Part shown: positions 1-10,221 of the stretch, one piece after another
Position numbering within the stretch: position 1 is the first letter of the stretch
How the letters are laid out: every line of letters begins with the position of its first letter
Assembly: GCA_002328405.1 (NCBI GenBank)
Contig: DCXM01000006.1
Span: forward strand, 104,913-168,912
DNA length: 64,000 nucleotides
Reading direction: 5' to 3'
DNA from: Proteobacteria bacterium UBA2136
Lineage (GTDB): Bacteria > Pseudomonadota > Alphaproteobacteria > UBA2136
The notes under the pieces: model-generated
The model's database searches: none
The model's input: the letters and a program-made list of their open reading frames with translations, nothing else
What the model was told of the DNA's origin: nothing
Program-made: the position numbers and the translations under genes

Positions 1-46
1 GAAGTTTTTTAGCGGCTTGACACAGCAAAGCCACAGCTGAGAGGGT

Positions 47-754
47 TTACGAGCCCTTCAGCAAATCCGGCCTGTTCTTTTTGGTTTTTTGGTAAGCCTT
101 ATCCATCCGCCATTTTTGAATGTTGGCGTGGTGACCACTGGTCAACACCTCGGGCACCGTTTGCCCTTCCCACTCCACAGGGCGGGTAAAGTGCGGGTAC
201 TCCAGTAAAACCTCCCCCGCTTCAGTTTGAATGTCAAAACTTTCCTCATGCAAGGTGTTAGCATTGCCCAAACTTTCAGGAATATTGCGCACCACCGCAT
301 CAACCACAACCATGGCCGCCAATTCCCCTCCGCTGAGCACATAGTCCCCAATGGAAATTTCCTCATCCACTTCCGCTTGTAGCACACGGTCATCAATACC
401 TTCATAGTGACCACACAGCAAAATCAAACCACCCTCATGACTGGCCAGCTGGCGTGCCTTTTCTTGATTAAAGGACGTGCCTGAAGGGCTCATGTAAACC
501 ACCTTGGCATTGGGCGAGCCTTTTTTTGCATGACGAATAGCTGCCGCCACAACATCGGGGCGCATCACCATTCCAGCGCCACCGCCATAAGGTGTATCAT
601 CCACAGTTTTGTGCTTACCAAACGCAAAATCACGAATTTGAACGGTGCTCAGCGCAAACAAGCCCTTTTCTTCCGCACGTTTCATGATGGAAACACCAAG
701 CGGTCCAGGGAACATGTCCGGAAACAGGGTTACAACAGTAATGGGTAGTGTCAT
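47..754 (-). CDS. trmD: tRNA (guanine37-N1)-methyltransferase TrmD
   Basis: 235 aa ORF with the TrmD/SPOUT fold signature (…LLCGHYEGIDDRV…, SIGDYVLSGGE). It lies downstream of rimM and rpsP on the same strand. Confidence 0.9.
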   Translation of the reverse strand: MTLPITVVTLFPDMFPGPLGVSIMKRAEEKGLFALSTVQIRDFAFGKHKTVDDTPYGGGAGMVMRPDVVAAAIRHAKKGSPNAKVVYMSPSGTSFNQEKARQLASHEGGLILLCGHYEGIDDRVLQAEVDEEISIGDYVLSGGELAAMVVVDAVVRNIPESLGNANTLHEESFDIQTEAGEVLLEYPHFTRPVEWEGQTVPEVLTSGHHANIQKWRMDKAYQKTKKNRPDLLKGS

Positions 755-920
755 GCTTTTTCCTTTAAATTACCTCTTTTTTGTAGGCAAATTCCCTTAA
801 AAAAACAAGCACAATTAAAATAATTTAAATTAAAGTGTTGATTTTTAACAAAACGACCCCATAATTTTTAGCAACATTCACCTAAACCGTTTTACTTCAC
901 CACCACAGGAGGGTTCCCCT

Positions 921-1124
921 ATGAACCTAACAACACAAGAGAAAAACTTTCTCAAACGCTTAAAAAAAGAACCTTTCAAACTCACCATTGATCAAGCCAT
1001 GGACGATGCAAACCAGCAAGACATAGCCCTTGCAGACGCCCTGCATGAAAAAGGACTGTGCAACGTGACCTGCACCCCAAGCAAGGGGTACCATGCCTAC
1101 ATCCCCAAACCTGACAACGCATAA
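921..1124 (+). CDS. hypothetical small protein (67 aa)
   Basis: ORF preceded by GGAGGG 6 nt upstream of the ATG and followed by a hairpin+T-run terminator; no recognisable domain. Confidence 0.4.
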   Translation: MNLTTQEKNFLKRLKKEPFKLTIDQAMDDANQQDIALADALHEKGLCNVTCTPSKGYHAYIPKPDNA

Positions 1125-1147
1125 CCCAACTGAAAAAACGTTACCAG

Positions 1148-1178
1148 CTCACACATTTGACAATGTGTGAGTTTTTTT
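1148..1178 (+). terminator. rho-independent terminator
   Basis: Inverted repeat ctcacacatt…aatgtgtgag followed by TTTTTTT. Confidence 0.5.
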
Positions 1179-1266
1179 GTTGCAGAAATTATTAACAAGA
1201 CACATAAAAGGTTAACAATACTTTGAAACATTATAAACTGTGGCCTTGTGCCACTAAGGAACATTT

Positions 1267-1581
1267 ATGGAAATCATCCTAGCATCTGCTTTAGCTATTG
1301 CAAGCGTTACTCTTTATAGAGCGTTTATCGAAAAAACAGGCACGCCTGTGCATGTAACTGGCGGTTTAAAACGCCCTTTAACAGAGCTGGAATGCGAATA
1401 CATGGAAACCCTGCCTTTATTTGGCGCACATGTCCCCGCTGACCAGAAATTGTCACAAGCGCATGAAAGTTTGCTTTTGCTTGATTTGGTTACCGAACAG
1501 TGGAGCGATGACGGCCAAAGCCGTTTTATCAAGTTTACTGAAACGGGCCATCCCATTGCACAAAGCATGCGCACCAGCTAA
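1267..1581 (+). CDS. hypothetical protein (104 aa)
   Basis: ORF with AGGAAC-like RBS, followed by hairpin agacctg…caggtct + T-run; no recognisable domain. Confidence 0.4.
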   Translation: MEIILASALAIASVTLYRAFIEKTGTPVHVTGGLKRPLTELECEYMETLPLFGAHVPADQKLSQAHESLLLLDLVTEQWSDDGQSRFIKFTETGHPIAQSMRTS

Positions 1582-1597
1582 CTCCCCCTCGACAAAA

Positions 1598-1626
1598 GAC
1601 CTGAGCTTATGCCCAGGTCTTTTTTA
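1598..1626 (+). terminator. rho-independent terminator
   Basis: agacctgagcttatgcccaggtct followed by TTTTTT. Confidence 0.45.
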
Positions 1627-1649
1627 TAAAATCGACACTAAAAATTTAA

Positions 1650-2183
1650 TTAAAGGTCAAAGAAGTCCGCAACATCGTCATGCACTGTCACAACCTGCGC
1701 ATCAATATCAGACTTTAAGATGTATTCATCAGTATACGGAATTAAGATATCCTTGGTTTGCGGCTCCGCCCGTTTGATTTGAATGACCGTATGCGCGCCA
1801 TTGTCAAAGTGAGAACGAATCACCCCCACCTTTTCACCACTTTCAAACAACACAGCGGTGCCGACCAATTGGTCCAACAACATGTCATTTTCATCCAAGG
1901 TTGGTAAATAATCATCCGAAACATAAAGATAAGTTTTTAAAAGTTTTTCTGCCTCATTCCGGTTGGTGACACCGTCAAAGTGAATCAGCGCACCTTTGGG
2001 GGTTAACTTTGCTTTTGAAACAGAAAATGGCACGTCATCCAAACTGAACAACGTGCCATATTCAAAAATGCTTTGTGGGTTTGCAATAAACAGTTTTACT
2101 GTTACTTCCCCACGCAGACCATGCGCCGCAGTAATAACACCTGCACAAAAGAAACCTTCTTTAACAGGTGGGCGCTTGTGCAT
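1650..2183 (-). CDS. rimM: ribosome maturation factor RimM
   Basis: 177 aa; RimM N-terminal motif (GxVxxxHGLRGEV) and a PRC-barrel-like C-terminus. Sits in the conserved position between rpsP and trmD. Its stop overlaps the rpsP start. Confidence 0.85.
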   Translation of the reverse strand: MHKRPPVKEGFFCAGVITAAHGLRGEVTVKLFIANPQSIFEYGTLFSLDDVPFSVSKAKLTPKGALIHFDGVTNRNEAEKLLKTYLYVSDDYLPTLDENDMLLDQLVGTAVLFESGEKVGVIRSHFDNGAHTVIQIKRAEPQTKDILIPYTDEYILKSDIDAQVVTVHDDVADFFDL

Positions 2184-2572
2184 TATTCTGCTGCTGCCGC
2201 TTCTTCTGCTGCTTTAGCTTCAGCTTCTTCAGCTGCTTTAGCCGCTGCTTCTTCAGCCGCTTTAGCTTCAACACGCTTGCGTACAATTTCAGCACTGCGG
2301 TCGATAGACTTTTGGTACTTCGCACGTTGTACGTCAGAACCTAGGCCTTCTTTGATGATCAGCTTAGAAACTGTTTCAGTTGGCTGTGCACCTGTGCCTA
2401 ACCAGTAGTTTACGCGCTCTGCGTCCCACTTAAGTTCTTTTTTAATTGGGTTCCAGAAGCCCAATTTTTCGATAAAACGACCGTCACGAGGTGAACGAGC
2501 GTCCGCTGCGATTACGTGGTAAAAAGGTTGCTTTTTACGACCACCACGCGTCAAACGAATTTTAACTGCCAT
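2183..2572 (-). CDS. rpsP: 30S ribosomal protein S16 with an Ala/Glu/Lys-rich C-terminal extension
   Basis: N-terminus [35 protein letters not shown] is canonical S16. The C-terminal ~45 aa is an (AEEAAAKA)n low-complexity tail. Confidence 0.9.
   Translation of the reverse strand: MAVKIRLTRGGRKKQPFYHVIAADARSPRDGRFIEKLGFWNPIKKELKWDAERVNYWLGTGAQPTETVSKLIIKEGLGSDVQRAKYQKSIDRSAEIVRKRVEAKAAEEAAAKAAEEAEAKAAEEAAAAE
2196..2272. repeat. coding tandem repeat (~24-nt unit) encoding the (AEEAAAKA)n tail of S16
   Basis: Repeated gcttcttcagc(c/t)gctttagc units are visible directly in the sequence. Confidence 0.6.
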
Positions 2573-2796
2573 AGTATTTTCCTAAATTTTATAATTCGGA
2601 TTCTAGTCGCGCTGTTGAAGGGCTCATCCCTTCCCGTACCATCTCCGAACAAACTACCAGCGCGATACGGTAAGCGTGTTTTACACACAAAAACGGTTAA
2701 AATCAACACTTTTTATCACAAAACACATCGCAACTTTATTTTTCGCTCAAATTTTGTCAAAATAACCGCAACACATTTAATGGCAAGGAACCACAG

Positions 2797-4227
2797 ATGA
2801 CCGCAATTATTTGGCTGAGAAACGACTTAAGACTTGAAGACAACCCCGCACTGAATACCGCCTGCCAAATAGGGGAAGTGTTGGCCGTTTATGTGCGTGA
2901 ACCGCAAAGCCAACAAACCCAAGCGCGGGATTGGTGGTTGCACCACAGCTTAAAAGACCTTGAGCAAAACCTAACCAAAAACGGCATCCCTTTGGTTTAC
3001 TTAAAGGGTGACGCCGCTGAAATTTTACCCAAATTCATTCAAGAACAAAAAGCGACACACCTTTTTTGGAACCGCCGCTACGATGAAGCTGGCATAAAAA
3101 CAGACACCCAAATCAAGGACCTGTACAAAGATGATGGCGACGTGCTTTGCCAGTCCTGCAAAGGCAACCTGCTTTTTGAACCGTGGGAAATTAAAAACAA
3201 GCAAGGTGGGTTTTTTAAAGTTTTCACCCCGATGTTCAAAGAACTGATGACCCATAAAGCCCCTGCGCCCACACCCTTTAACCCACCCAAATCAAAGCGT
3301 GAGCGTGTCCAAAGTGACCTCAATTGTGCTTTAGATGACTTTGCCTTAATTGATCATAGTAAAACGTGGCATCACAACTTTGAAAAAGTGTGGCAAATTG
3401 GCGAAGCCGCCGCCCAGCAAAAGCTTGAAGCATTTTTGGCGGAAAAAGTTTTGGAATATAAAGAAAGACGGGACTATCCAAGCGAAAACGCAACCTCCCT
3501 ACTTTCCCCTCATTTACATTTTGGTGAAATTTCCCCACGCGACATTTTTGAACAAGTACAAGCCTTTGAGCTGGCACAAAACGAACAAGGCAACAAAAAC
3601 ATTCATCACTTTAAAAGTGAAGTGGTCTGGCGTGAATTTTCATACCAACAACTCTATTTTTATGACGCCATTGACCACAAAGCCATCAACGAAAAGTTTG
3701 CCGAATTCCCATGGTCTGAAAATGATGCCTATTTAAAAGCATGGCAAACAGGTCAAACAGGCATTCCCATTGTGGATGCCGGCATGCGTGAACTTTGGCA
3801 AACAGGCACATTGCACAACCGTGTGCGGATGATTGTGGCATCGCTCCTCACCAAAAACATGCTTATCCCATGGCAAGAAGGCGCAAAATGGTTTATGGAC
3901 ACCTTGGTTGATGCGGATGAAGCCGCCAACAGTGCTTCATGGCAGTGGGTGGCAGGTTGCGGTTTGGACGCTGCCCCGTACTTTAGAATTTTTAACCCCG
4001 TCACCCAAGGGGAACGTTTTGATGAAAATGGCGAGTATGTTAAAAAATGGCTACCCGAGCTACAAGACCTTGACAAAAAATACATCCACAAACCTTGGGA
4101 AGCCAGTGTGTTTGACCTAAAACTGGCCAACATTGAATTGGGCAAAACCTACCCCAAGCCCATTGTAAACCTTAAAACCAGCCGTGAGAAAGCGCTGGAG
4201 GCTTATAACCATGTTAAAAATCAATAA
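2797..4227 (+). CDS. phrB: deoxyribodipyrimidine photolyase (class I CPD photolyase/cryptochrome family)
   Basis: 476 aa. N-terminal photolyase alpha/beta domain (IIWLRNDLRLEDNPAL) and a FAD-binding domain with motifs TGxPxVDAxMRxL and WxTGxxHNRxRMxxASFL. Divergent from rpsP. Confidence 0.9.
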   Translation: MTAIIWLRNDLRLEDNPALNTACQIGEVLAVYVREPQSQQTQARDWWLHHSLKDLEQNLTKNGIPLVYLKGDAAEILPKFIQEQKATHLFWNRRYDEAGIKTDTQIKDLYKDDGDVLCQSCKGNLLFEPWEIKNKQGGFFKVFTPMFKELMTHKAPAPTPFNPPKSKRERVQSDLNCALDDFALIDHSKTWHHNFEKVWQIGEAAAQQKLEAFLAEKVLEYKERRDYPSENATSLLSPHLHFGEISPRDIFEQVQAFELAQNEQGNKNIHHFKSEVVWREFSYQQLYFYDAIDHKAINEKFAEFPWSENDAYLKAWQTGQTGIPIVDAGMRELWQTGTLHNRVRMIVASLLTKNMLIPWQEGAKWFMDTLVDADEAANSASWQWVAGCGLDAAPYFRIFNPVTQGERFDENGEYVKKWLPELQDLDKKYIHKPWEASVFDLKLANIELGKTYPKPIVNLKTSREKALEAYNHVKNQ

Positions 4228-4333
4228 AAACCTTGAAATGTAGATAGCAGATAGTTATATGAAGTTTGTAAAAGCATAACATCCTCTTTTCAATTGAGCA
4301 CCGTGCTCTCATCAACCTTTGGAAATCTATCTT

Positions 4334-4966
4334 ATGAAAAACATCGCCTTGACGTTGTGTATTTTCTGCACCTCATTGCTTGTTCATGCAACCAATAATG
4401 AGATGCTACCCGCTTTAGCCAAAAGTAACCTGTACTATGCAACAGTGCGACATTCAACAGCCCCTGAAAATTCTGAAACAGTAACAATTGAAAAAATCAA
4501 TCAAGCTCGGAGCAGTGCTTTCCTTGAATTTTTCAAAACTAAAAATTTAACTGACACAACAAATCCCTACATCCAAGATATTGTGGAAGCCGGTGCATAC
4601 TGCGTATCTGATGACGCAAAACCTCAAGACACCCTGTATGGATGCCTTAAAGCCATTCAACAGTTCAACAAAGCCGTAAAAGATTTTGAACCAAGCCCAT
4701 ACAAGGAACTTTACTTAGAGCTTGAAACACACCCGCATACACCTTCTTATGAAGAGATTGTTGAAGCACAAAAAATTTATTCTAATTTCTTGCAGAACCC
4801 GCCCAAGGTTGGCGAGCATCAAAGATCTATGTTTTACGTGTATTCACAATCAGTTGGAAAGGTTTTAGACGATACTCACAACGCATCACCAACAAAGTCC
4901 AGAGGCGTTGTTGAAATATACATATACTACCTTGCCGAGGGCATTAAAGTAAGGAACAAATCATAA
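4334..4966 (+). CDS. hypothetical secreted protein (signal peptide MKNIALTLCIFCTSLLVHA)
   Basis: ORF track begins at 4319, but the Met at 4334 gives a canonical Sec signal peptide. No known domain. Followed by a bidirectional terminator. Confidence 0.5.
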   Translation: MKNIALTLCIFCTSLLVHATNNEMLPALAKSNLYYATVRHSTAPENSETVTIEKINQARSSAFLEFFKTKNLTDTTNPYIQDIVEAGAYCVSDDAKPQDTLYGCLKAIQQFNKAVKDFEPSPYKELYLELETHPHTPSYEEIVEAQKIYSNFLQNPPKVGEHQRSMFYVYSQSVGKVLDDTHNASPTKSRGVVEIYIYYLAEGIKVRNKS

Positions 4967-4982
4967 ACATCGAAAACAAAAA

Positions 4983-5012
4983 AGCACCCTATTGATTAGG
5001 GTGCTTTTTTTA
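4983..5012. terminator. bidirectional rho-independent terminator
   Basis: agcaccct…agggtgct hairpin flanked by an A-run and a T-run, placed between convergent genes. Confidence 0.5.
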
Positions 5013-5018
5013 ATGACG

Positions 5019-5477
5019 CTAACAGTTTAATGCCTTGTCAATTTCTGCGACAATTTCTAACGCTTCGGGCGTGATACGATCACGATACCGCTCTATAGCC
5101 GCTAGGTCATCCGCACCTAAGCTGGCTAAAATATCAGCACAACGCGGATGATCCATAACATCGCACAAAATAGCTGCAAAAACGGGCGCATCTTCCGCTC
5201 TATACTTACTAACTTTATAAACAGTGACCGACACATCTGTTGTAAAGTGATTTTTGCGATAGCTTTCATCAAACTTCATACGTGTATTTGAAATAGACTG
5301 TAGCGAACCCAAAATATCTTCTTCATCCAAACTCGCCTCCATTTCAGAACGCGTTTTCATGGATTTTTCGGGGTCATCCAGCATAAACGAATTCGCCAAT
5401 GCACGAAGAACACTACACTCAACAAAAATATCAACTGACGAAAACTTTTTACGAACAGGTAAATCAAATAAAGACAT
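5019..5477 (-). CDS. hypothetical protein (152 aa)
   Basis: Intact ORF between ffh and a terminator; no recognisable domain. Confidence 0.4.
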   Translation of the reverse strand: MSLFDLPVRKKFSSVDIFVECSVLRALANSFMLDDPEKSMKTRSEMEASLDEEDILGSLQSISNTRMKFDESYRKNHFTTDVSVTVYKVSKYRAEDAPVFAAILCDVMDHPRCADILASLGADDLAAIERYRDRITPEALEIVAEIDKALNC

Positions 5478-5580
5478 AAATGCCTCCTATAAGAAAGTAA
5501 ACGGAAAGGGTATATTGCTTGTACAGTTGTCATATAAGTATACACTTTATGTTTTACAAGAGAAAACTTATTAAAATGAC

Positions 5581-6939
5581 TTAACGCCCCATGGGAGGGA
5601 ACCCACCACCACCGCCAAACATTGAACCCAAGCCGCCCATGCCACCACTTTGCATTTTTTTCATCATTTTTTGCATTTGTTGGTGAGACTTAATAAGCTT
5701 GTTAACAGCGCTCACTTCCAAACCACAACCCTTTGCAATGCGCTGACGGCGCTTGGCATTTAAAATAGAAGGGTTTTTACGTTCCTGCTTGGTCATGGAA
5801 TCAATAATGGCAATTTGATGGACAACCATTTTGTCATCTACATTGGCTTGGTCCAGCTGTTTCGCCATTTTAGACACTCCAGGGATCAACTTCATCATCC
5901 CCTTTAAACTGCCCATGCGTTGCATCATTTTCATCTGCTTTTTCATGTCGTTCAAATCAAACTGGCCGGACAGCATTTTTTCCATCATGCCCATCATATC
6001 TTCTTCAGATGTCGCTTCTTGCACCTTTTCCACCAAGCTGACCACGTCGCCCATGCCAAGAATACGGTTGGCCATGCTTTCAGGGCGGAACACTTCCAAG
6101 GCGCCAAGGCCTTCACCCATACCCAAAAACTTAATAGGGCAACCCGTCATTTCACGCATGGAAAGGGCAGCACCGCCACGACCATCACCATCAATTCGGG
6201 TAAGGACGTTACCGGTAATGCCAATACGTTCGTGGAATGTTTTGGCAACATTCACAGCGACTTGACCTGTTAAACTGTCCACCACCAATAATGTTTCAAC
6301 TGGGTTCACAAGTTGCTTGACCGTTTCAAGCTCAGCCATCAGATCTTCGTCAATTTCTAAGCGACCTGCTGTATCCAAAAACAGCACATCATAACCGCCT
6401 GTTTTGGCAGCCTTGAGCGCACGCTTTGCAATTTCAACAGGTTTTTGACCCTCAACAATCTCCAAACCGTCCACGCCTGTGCGCTCGGCCAATGTTTGCA
6501 ATTGCTGTTGAGCAGCAGGGCGATAAATATCTAAAGAAGCGAGCAGAACCTTCTTCTTTTCTTTTTCTTTAAGGCGCTTGGCAATTTTACCAGTGGTTGT
6601 GGTTTTACCCGAGCCCTGTAAGCCAACCATCATCACCACGGCTGGTGGTTGCGTGGCAAGGTTTAAACCTTCACCTTCGCCTAAAATTTCAACCAACTTG
6701 TCATTGACAATTTTAACAACCTGTTCGCCCGGCTTGATAGATTTTAAAACCTTTTCGCCAACCGCATCTTCTTTTACTTTTTTGATCAACGTTTTGATCA
6801 CCGGCAGGGCGACATCCGCCTCCAGCAGTGCGATGCGAATTTCACGCATTGCGGCGTCAATATCCTTTTCGGACAGCACACCACGACCCGTTAGCTTTTT
6901 AAAAACACCATCTAAGCGACCTGAAAGTTGATCAAACAT
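5581..6939 (-). CDS. ffh: signal recognition particle protein Ffh
   Basis: 452 aa; SRP54 N and G domains (GLQGSGKTTT, DTAGR) and a Met-rich M-domain (…MMKKMQSGGMGG…). Confidence 0.95.
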   Translation of the reverse strand: MFDQLSGRLDGVFKKLTGRGVLSEKDIDAAMREIRIALLEADVALPVIKTLIKKVKEDAVGEKVLKSIKPGEQVVKIVNDKLVEILGEGEGLNLATQPPAVVMMVGLQGSGKTTTTGKIAKRLKEKEKKKVLLASLDIYRPAAQQQLQTLAERTGVDGLEIVEGQKPVEIAKRALKAAKTGGYDVLFLDTAGRLEIDEDLMAELETVKQLVNPVETLLVVDSLTGQVAVNVAKTFHERIGITGNVLTRIDGDGRGGAALSMREMTGCPIKFLGMGEGLGALEVFRPESMANRILGMGDVVSLVEKVQEATSEEDMMGMMEKMLSGQFDLNDMKKQMKMMQRMGSLKGMMKLIPGVSKMAKQLDQANVDDKMVVHQIAIIDSMTKQERKNPSILNAKRRQRIAKGCGLEVSAVNKLIKSHQQMQKMMKKMQSGGMGGLGSMFGGGGGFPPMGR

Positions 6940-7071
6940 TGACTCAAAAACCCTTTAATTTCTATAACAAATGAGAAAATACAACAAACAGCCTTGAAAT
7001 GCAAAGGCATTCACATTACATAATAACCAACATGTGGGGATTGGCCCTACACATAACCTAGGCGTTTAATC

Positions 7072-7404
7072 ATGAAAAAACTGATAACAGCTGTTTTGGC
7101 AACCACCTTTGTTTTTTGCGCTTCAGCAAATGCTGATGAAATTAAAATAAACGACAGGGATGCTATTATACTTGAAAAAATATTTAAACAAACAGTTCGC
7201 CCAAAAAGCCACTTCTTTACAATCCTGTACTTTGATACGGGACGCATATGCGAAAAAGCACGCCGACACGAGGCGGGCATTCACTGCTCCAACTGGGACA
7301 GCAATCCCATACAAGCCAAGTTTTTTGTAGAAAAATGTGAAGCATATGCCAAAGATAAGAGATTGTGCACTTATTACCAGAATGCGGCGCCCAAACTAAA
7401 TTAA
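7072..7404 (+). CDS. hypothetical small secreted Cys-containing protein
   Basis: Signal peptide MKKLITAVLATTFVFCASANA; 4 Cys in the mature part; terminator follows. Confidence 0.5.
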   Translation: MKKLITAVLATTFVFCASANADEIKINDRDAIILEKIFKQTVRPKSHFFTILYFDTGRICEKARRHEAGIHCSNWDSNPIQAKFFVEKCEAYAKDKRLCTYYQNAAPKLN

Positions 7405-7423
7405 GTTTTAAAATAGCGACAAG

Positions 7424-7454
7424 AAAAACCCCTCATCAGAGGGGTTTATTTTTG
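7424..7454 (+). terminator. rho-independent terminator
   Basis: aaaaacccctcatcagaggggtttattttt. Confidence 0.5.
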
Positions 7455-7557
7455 AACGGTCAAGCACTGTTAACGCATCACCAAAACAAGTGACATTGTG
7501 TGAAATACTTTATTTTTCGATAACGACTGCTACACAACAACGTAGCCGCTTACATGT

Positions 7558-8754
7558 TTACGCCTCTACCTCACTAAAGAAGGTTTCAAAATGAACCATC
7601 CCCTTTTCAAGGGTGTGTAGGTCACAAGCGTAGGAAATTCTTAAAGCGCCGGGGTGGCCAAAAGCACTGCCAGGCACACAGGCTACACCGTGACTCTCCA
7701 ATAAAAGTTCACACAAACGCACATCATCGGTGATGGTTTGCCCTTTGTACTTTTTACCAATAAAATGCGACACGTCAGGAAACGCATAAAAAGCCCCTTT
7801 TGGGAATGGGCAAACCAGCCCTTCAATGCTTTCTAAGCTATCCATCACGGCGTCACGCTTTTGTTTGAATTCAGCACACCTTTCTTCAATGAACGTTTGG
7901 TCACCTGTTAAAGCCGCCGCCGCCGCCTTCTGGGAAACGTGGGGAATGTTCATAAAAGTGTTGGTCGCCACAGAAACCATCATTTTAATAATATCCTTCG
8001 GGGCGGCCACAAAACCCACACGCCAGCCGGGCATACCATAAGACTTGGAAACCGACTGCACAATCACCATTCGGTCACGCAGCTCTGGCTCCGCAGTTAA
8101 AAGGTGGTGAAACTCTTCGCCATCAAAAATAATCTTGTCATACAAATCGTCGGAAATAATCCAAACATCATGCTTTTTAAGAACCACGGCCAACGCGGCA
8201 ATTTCCGCTTTGGTGTAAACCATACCTGTGGGGTTTGAAGGGTTATTAAACAAAAAAATGCGTGTTTTGGGGGTAATGGCCGCTTCTAGCTGTTCTGGTG
8301 TCAGCTTATAGCCCTGCTCACTGCCACATTCAATGGGCACTGGCACAGCGTCCGCCATTTGAACGGTTTGAATGTAATTACTCCAAAAAGGGGCGGGGAA
8401 CAACACTTCATCGCCGGCATTGCACAACACCTGGCACAAACTGGTCAAAGCATTTTTTGCACCCATGGTGGCACATGTTTCATCCAAGCTGTAAGTGAAC
8501 CCTTGCGACTTTAAAAGGTTTAAGAATGCCTCGCGCAGTTCGTCGCTCCCCGCAGAGGACAAATAAGCGCCACTGTCTTCGTTTACGGCTTTTGTGGCCG
8601 CTTCATAAACGTGTTGAGGTGGTAAAAAACCAGGCACACCGATTGAGAAGTTAAAAATCTCACGACCTTCTTTGGCTAAGGCTTTTGCCTTCATGTTGAT
8701 GGCAACAATGGGGCTGCCTTCTGTGTGGGCGTATTTGTCACTCACTTGTGGCAT
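7558..8754 (-). CDS. pyridoxal-phosphate-dependent aminotransferase, class I (aspartate/aromatic aminotransferase-like)
   Basis: 398 aa; fold-type I aminotransferase with the PLP-lysine motif SKSYGMPGWRVG and an NPSNPTG loop. Confidence 0.85.
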   Translation of the reverse strand: MPQVSDKYAHTEGSPIVAINMKAKALAKEGREIFNFSIGVPGFLPPQHVYEAATKAVNEDSGAYLSSAGSDELREAFLNLLKSQGFTYSLDETCATMGAKNALTSLCQVLCNAGDEVLFPAPFWSNYIQTVQMADAVPVPIECGSEQGYKLTPEQLEAAITPKTRIFLFNNPSNPTGMVYTKAEIAALAVVLKKHDVWIISDDLYDKIIFDGEEFHHLLTAEPELRDRMVIVQSVSKSYGMPGWRVGFVAAPKDIIKMMVSVATNTFMNIPHVSQKAAAAALTGDQTFIEERCAEFKQKRDAVMDSLESIEGLVCPFPKGAFYAFPDVSHFIGKKYKGQTITDDVRLCELLLESHGVACVPGSAFGHPGALRISYACDLHTLEKGMVHFETFFSEVEA

Positions 8755-8829
8755 GGGCGCATTCCTTTTTTATTATTAAGCCCTTATATGTTACCTAAAA
8801 AAATAGCATGCGACAAATTTTATCCGCTT

Positions 8830-10050
8830 TTAATGACTGTCCTGATTGGTGATAATTTTTAGCGGCGCACCTGTTTTGGTTTCTGTCAGCTTTTCATTTT
8901 CCTTGAGCTCTTGAATTTTATTCAAAGGCTTTTCCAGCATTCTTTGTCTTGTGGTTGTCAATTCCGTAAATGCTTTTTGCGAGTTGTCGATATGCTTGCC
9001 CACTTTTTCCATTGCGTCGGTAAATTTAAACCATTGCTTCGAAAAAGTTTCCAACAGCTCCAAAATTTCCCCTGCCTTACGCTCCATATGGAAGTTGTCC
9101 ACCGCTTGGCGAATGACCGCCAAAACAGCATACAAAGTGGTCGGGGAGCAAAGGACAATCTTTTTGCGCAATGATGCGTCCACCAAGTCATGGTCATGTT
9201 CGTTTAAAAAGGCATACACCTGCTCATTGGGAATAAACACCAAAACATAGTCCAAGGTGCCTTGGCTTTTGTCGATATATTCACGCTTTGTCGCTTCGTC
9301 AATACGTTGTCTTGCGTCTTTTAAAAATTGTGACTTGTATTTATCCCGCTCCAAGTCATTTTCTGCATTCATGTAGTTGAGGTAATTTTCCAGCGGAAAT
9401 TTAACATCCATATGCACCACATGATTGTCTGGTAAATAAAAGGTGTAGTCTGGTCGGCTTCTATCGCCTTCCTTTAAGGTTTGCTGCTTGAGGTAGTTGG
9501 TCCCTTCAATGAAACCTGCAAGGCGCAGAACATCCTCTGCCATTCGCTCACCCCACTGGCCACGCACCCGTGAATTGGTAAGCGCATTTTTAAGGCTGTG
9601 CGTTGTTTCCCTTAAATTTTTGGTTTCTGACGCTGTTTTGGTGATTTCTTGAGTTAGCACATCAAACTTGGCCTTGCGGTCCTTTTCAAGAGTTTGAACC
9701 ATTTCATTGACCTTGTCCAGCTCGCCCTTCATGCTTTTAAGGGTTTGGTCAATCAGTTCCTTCTTAGCGCCCATTTCTTGTTTGTTGTTTTCGGTATGTT
9801 TTGTTAAGGACTCTCCGGCCATTTTTAAAAAGGACTCGGTGTTTTTGGACAATGCATCTAAAGACAACGCACCGAAGGATTCCTTCATAGAATTCACCAT
9901 CCGGTCCATATCTTCACGGGCGTATTTTTCACGCTCGCGGAAAAGCTGTTCAGCATTTTGTTTAGCTTGCTTCACCAAGTAAAAACCAAGACCCAAACCA
10001 AGGCTTAGCCCCACAACCATACCAATGGCAAAAACCATCCAACTTTCCAT
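8830..10050 (-). CDS. rmuC: DNA recombination protein RmuC
   Basis: 406 aa; N-terminal TM helix, long coiled-coil, RmuC core (RGQWGERMAEDVLRLAGF… DVKFPLE… VLVFIPNE). Confidence 0.85.
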   Translation of the reverse strand: MESWMVFAIGMVVGLSLGLGLGFYLVKQAKQNAEQLFREREKYAREDMDRMVNSMKESFGALSLDALSKNTESFLKMAGESLTKHTENNKQEMGAKKELIDQTLKSMKGELDKVNEMVQTLEKDRKAKFDVLTQEITKTASETKNLRETTHSLKNALTNSRVRGQWGERMAEDVLRLAGFIEGTNYLKQQTLKEGDRSRPDYTFYLPDNHVVHMDVKFPLENYLNYMNAENDLERDKYKSQFLKDARQRIDEATKREYIDKSQGTLDYVLVFIPNEQVYAFLNEHDHDLVDASLRKKIVLCSPTTLYAVLAVIRQAVDNFHMERKAGEILELLETFSKQWFKFTDAMEKVGKHIDNSQKAFTELTTTRQRMLEKPLNKIQELKENEKLTETKTGAPLKIITNQDSH

Positions 10051-10221
10051 TTACAAAACCCTTTTATTGTTCAAAAAAACTATACCTTTTTTTAGTTTAT
10101 TTTTAAAGCTTGTCTTTTAAAGAAGCTGTGCCTATAATTTTTTAACAAATTACTCACATCCTCTTTTAACGGCGCATTTTTTTCTGCTGCGCCTGTAGCC
10201 ACCTCATAAGGAGGTTTAACG

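Noticed and set aside
2073-2408. 111-aa plus-strand Ala/Ser-rich ORF
   Set aside because: It is the mirror image of the rpsP C-terminal repeat and antisense to rpsP.
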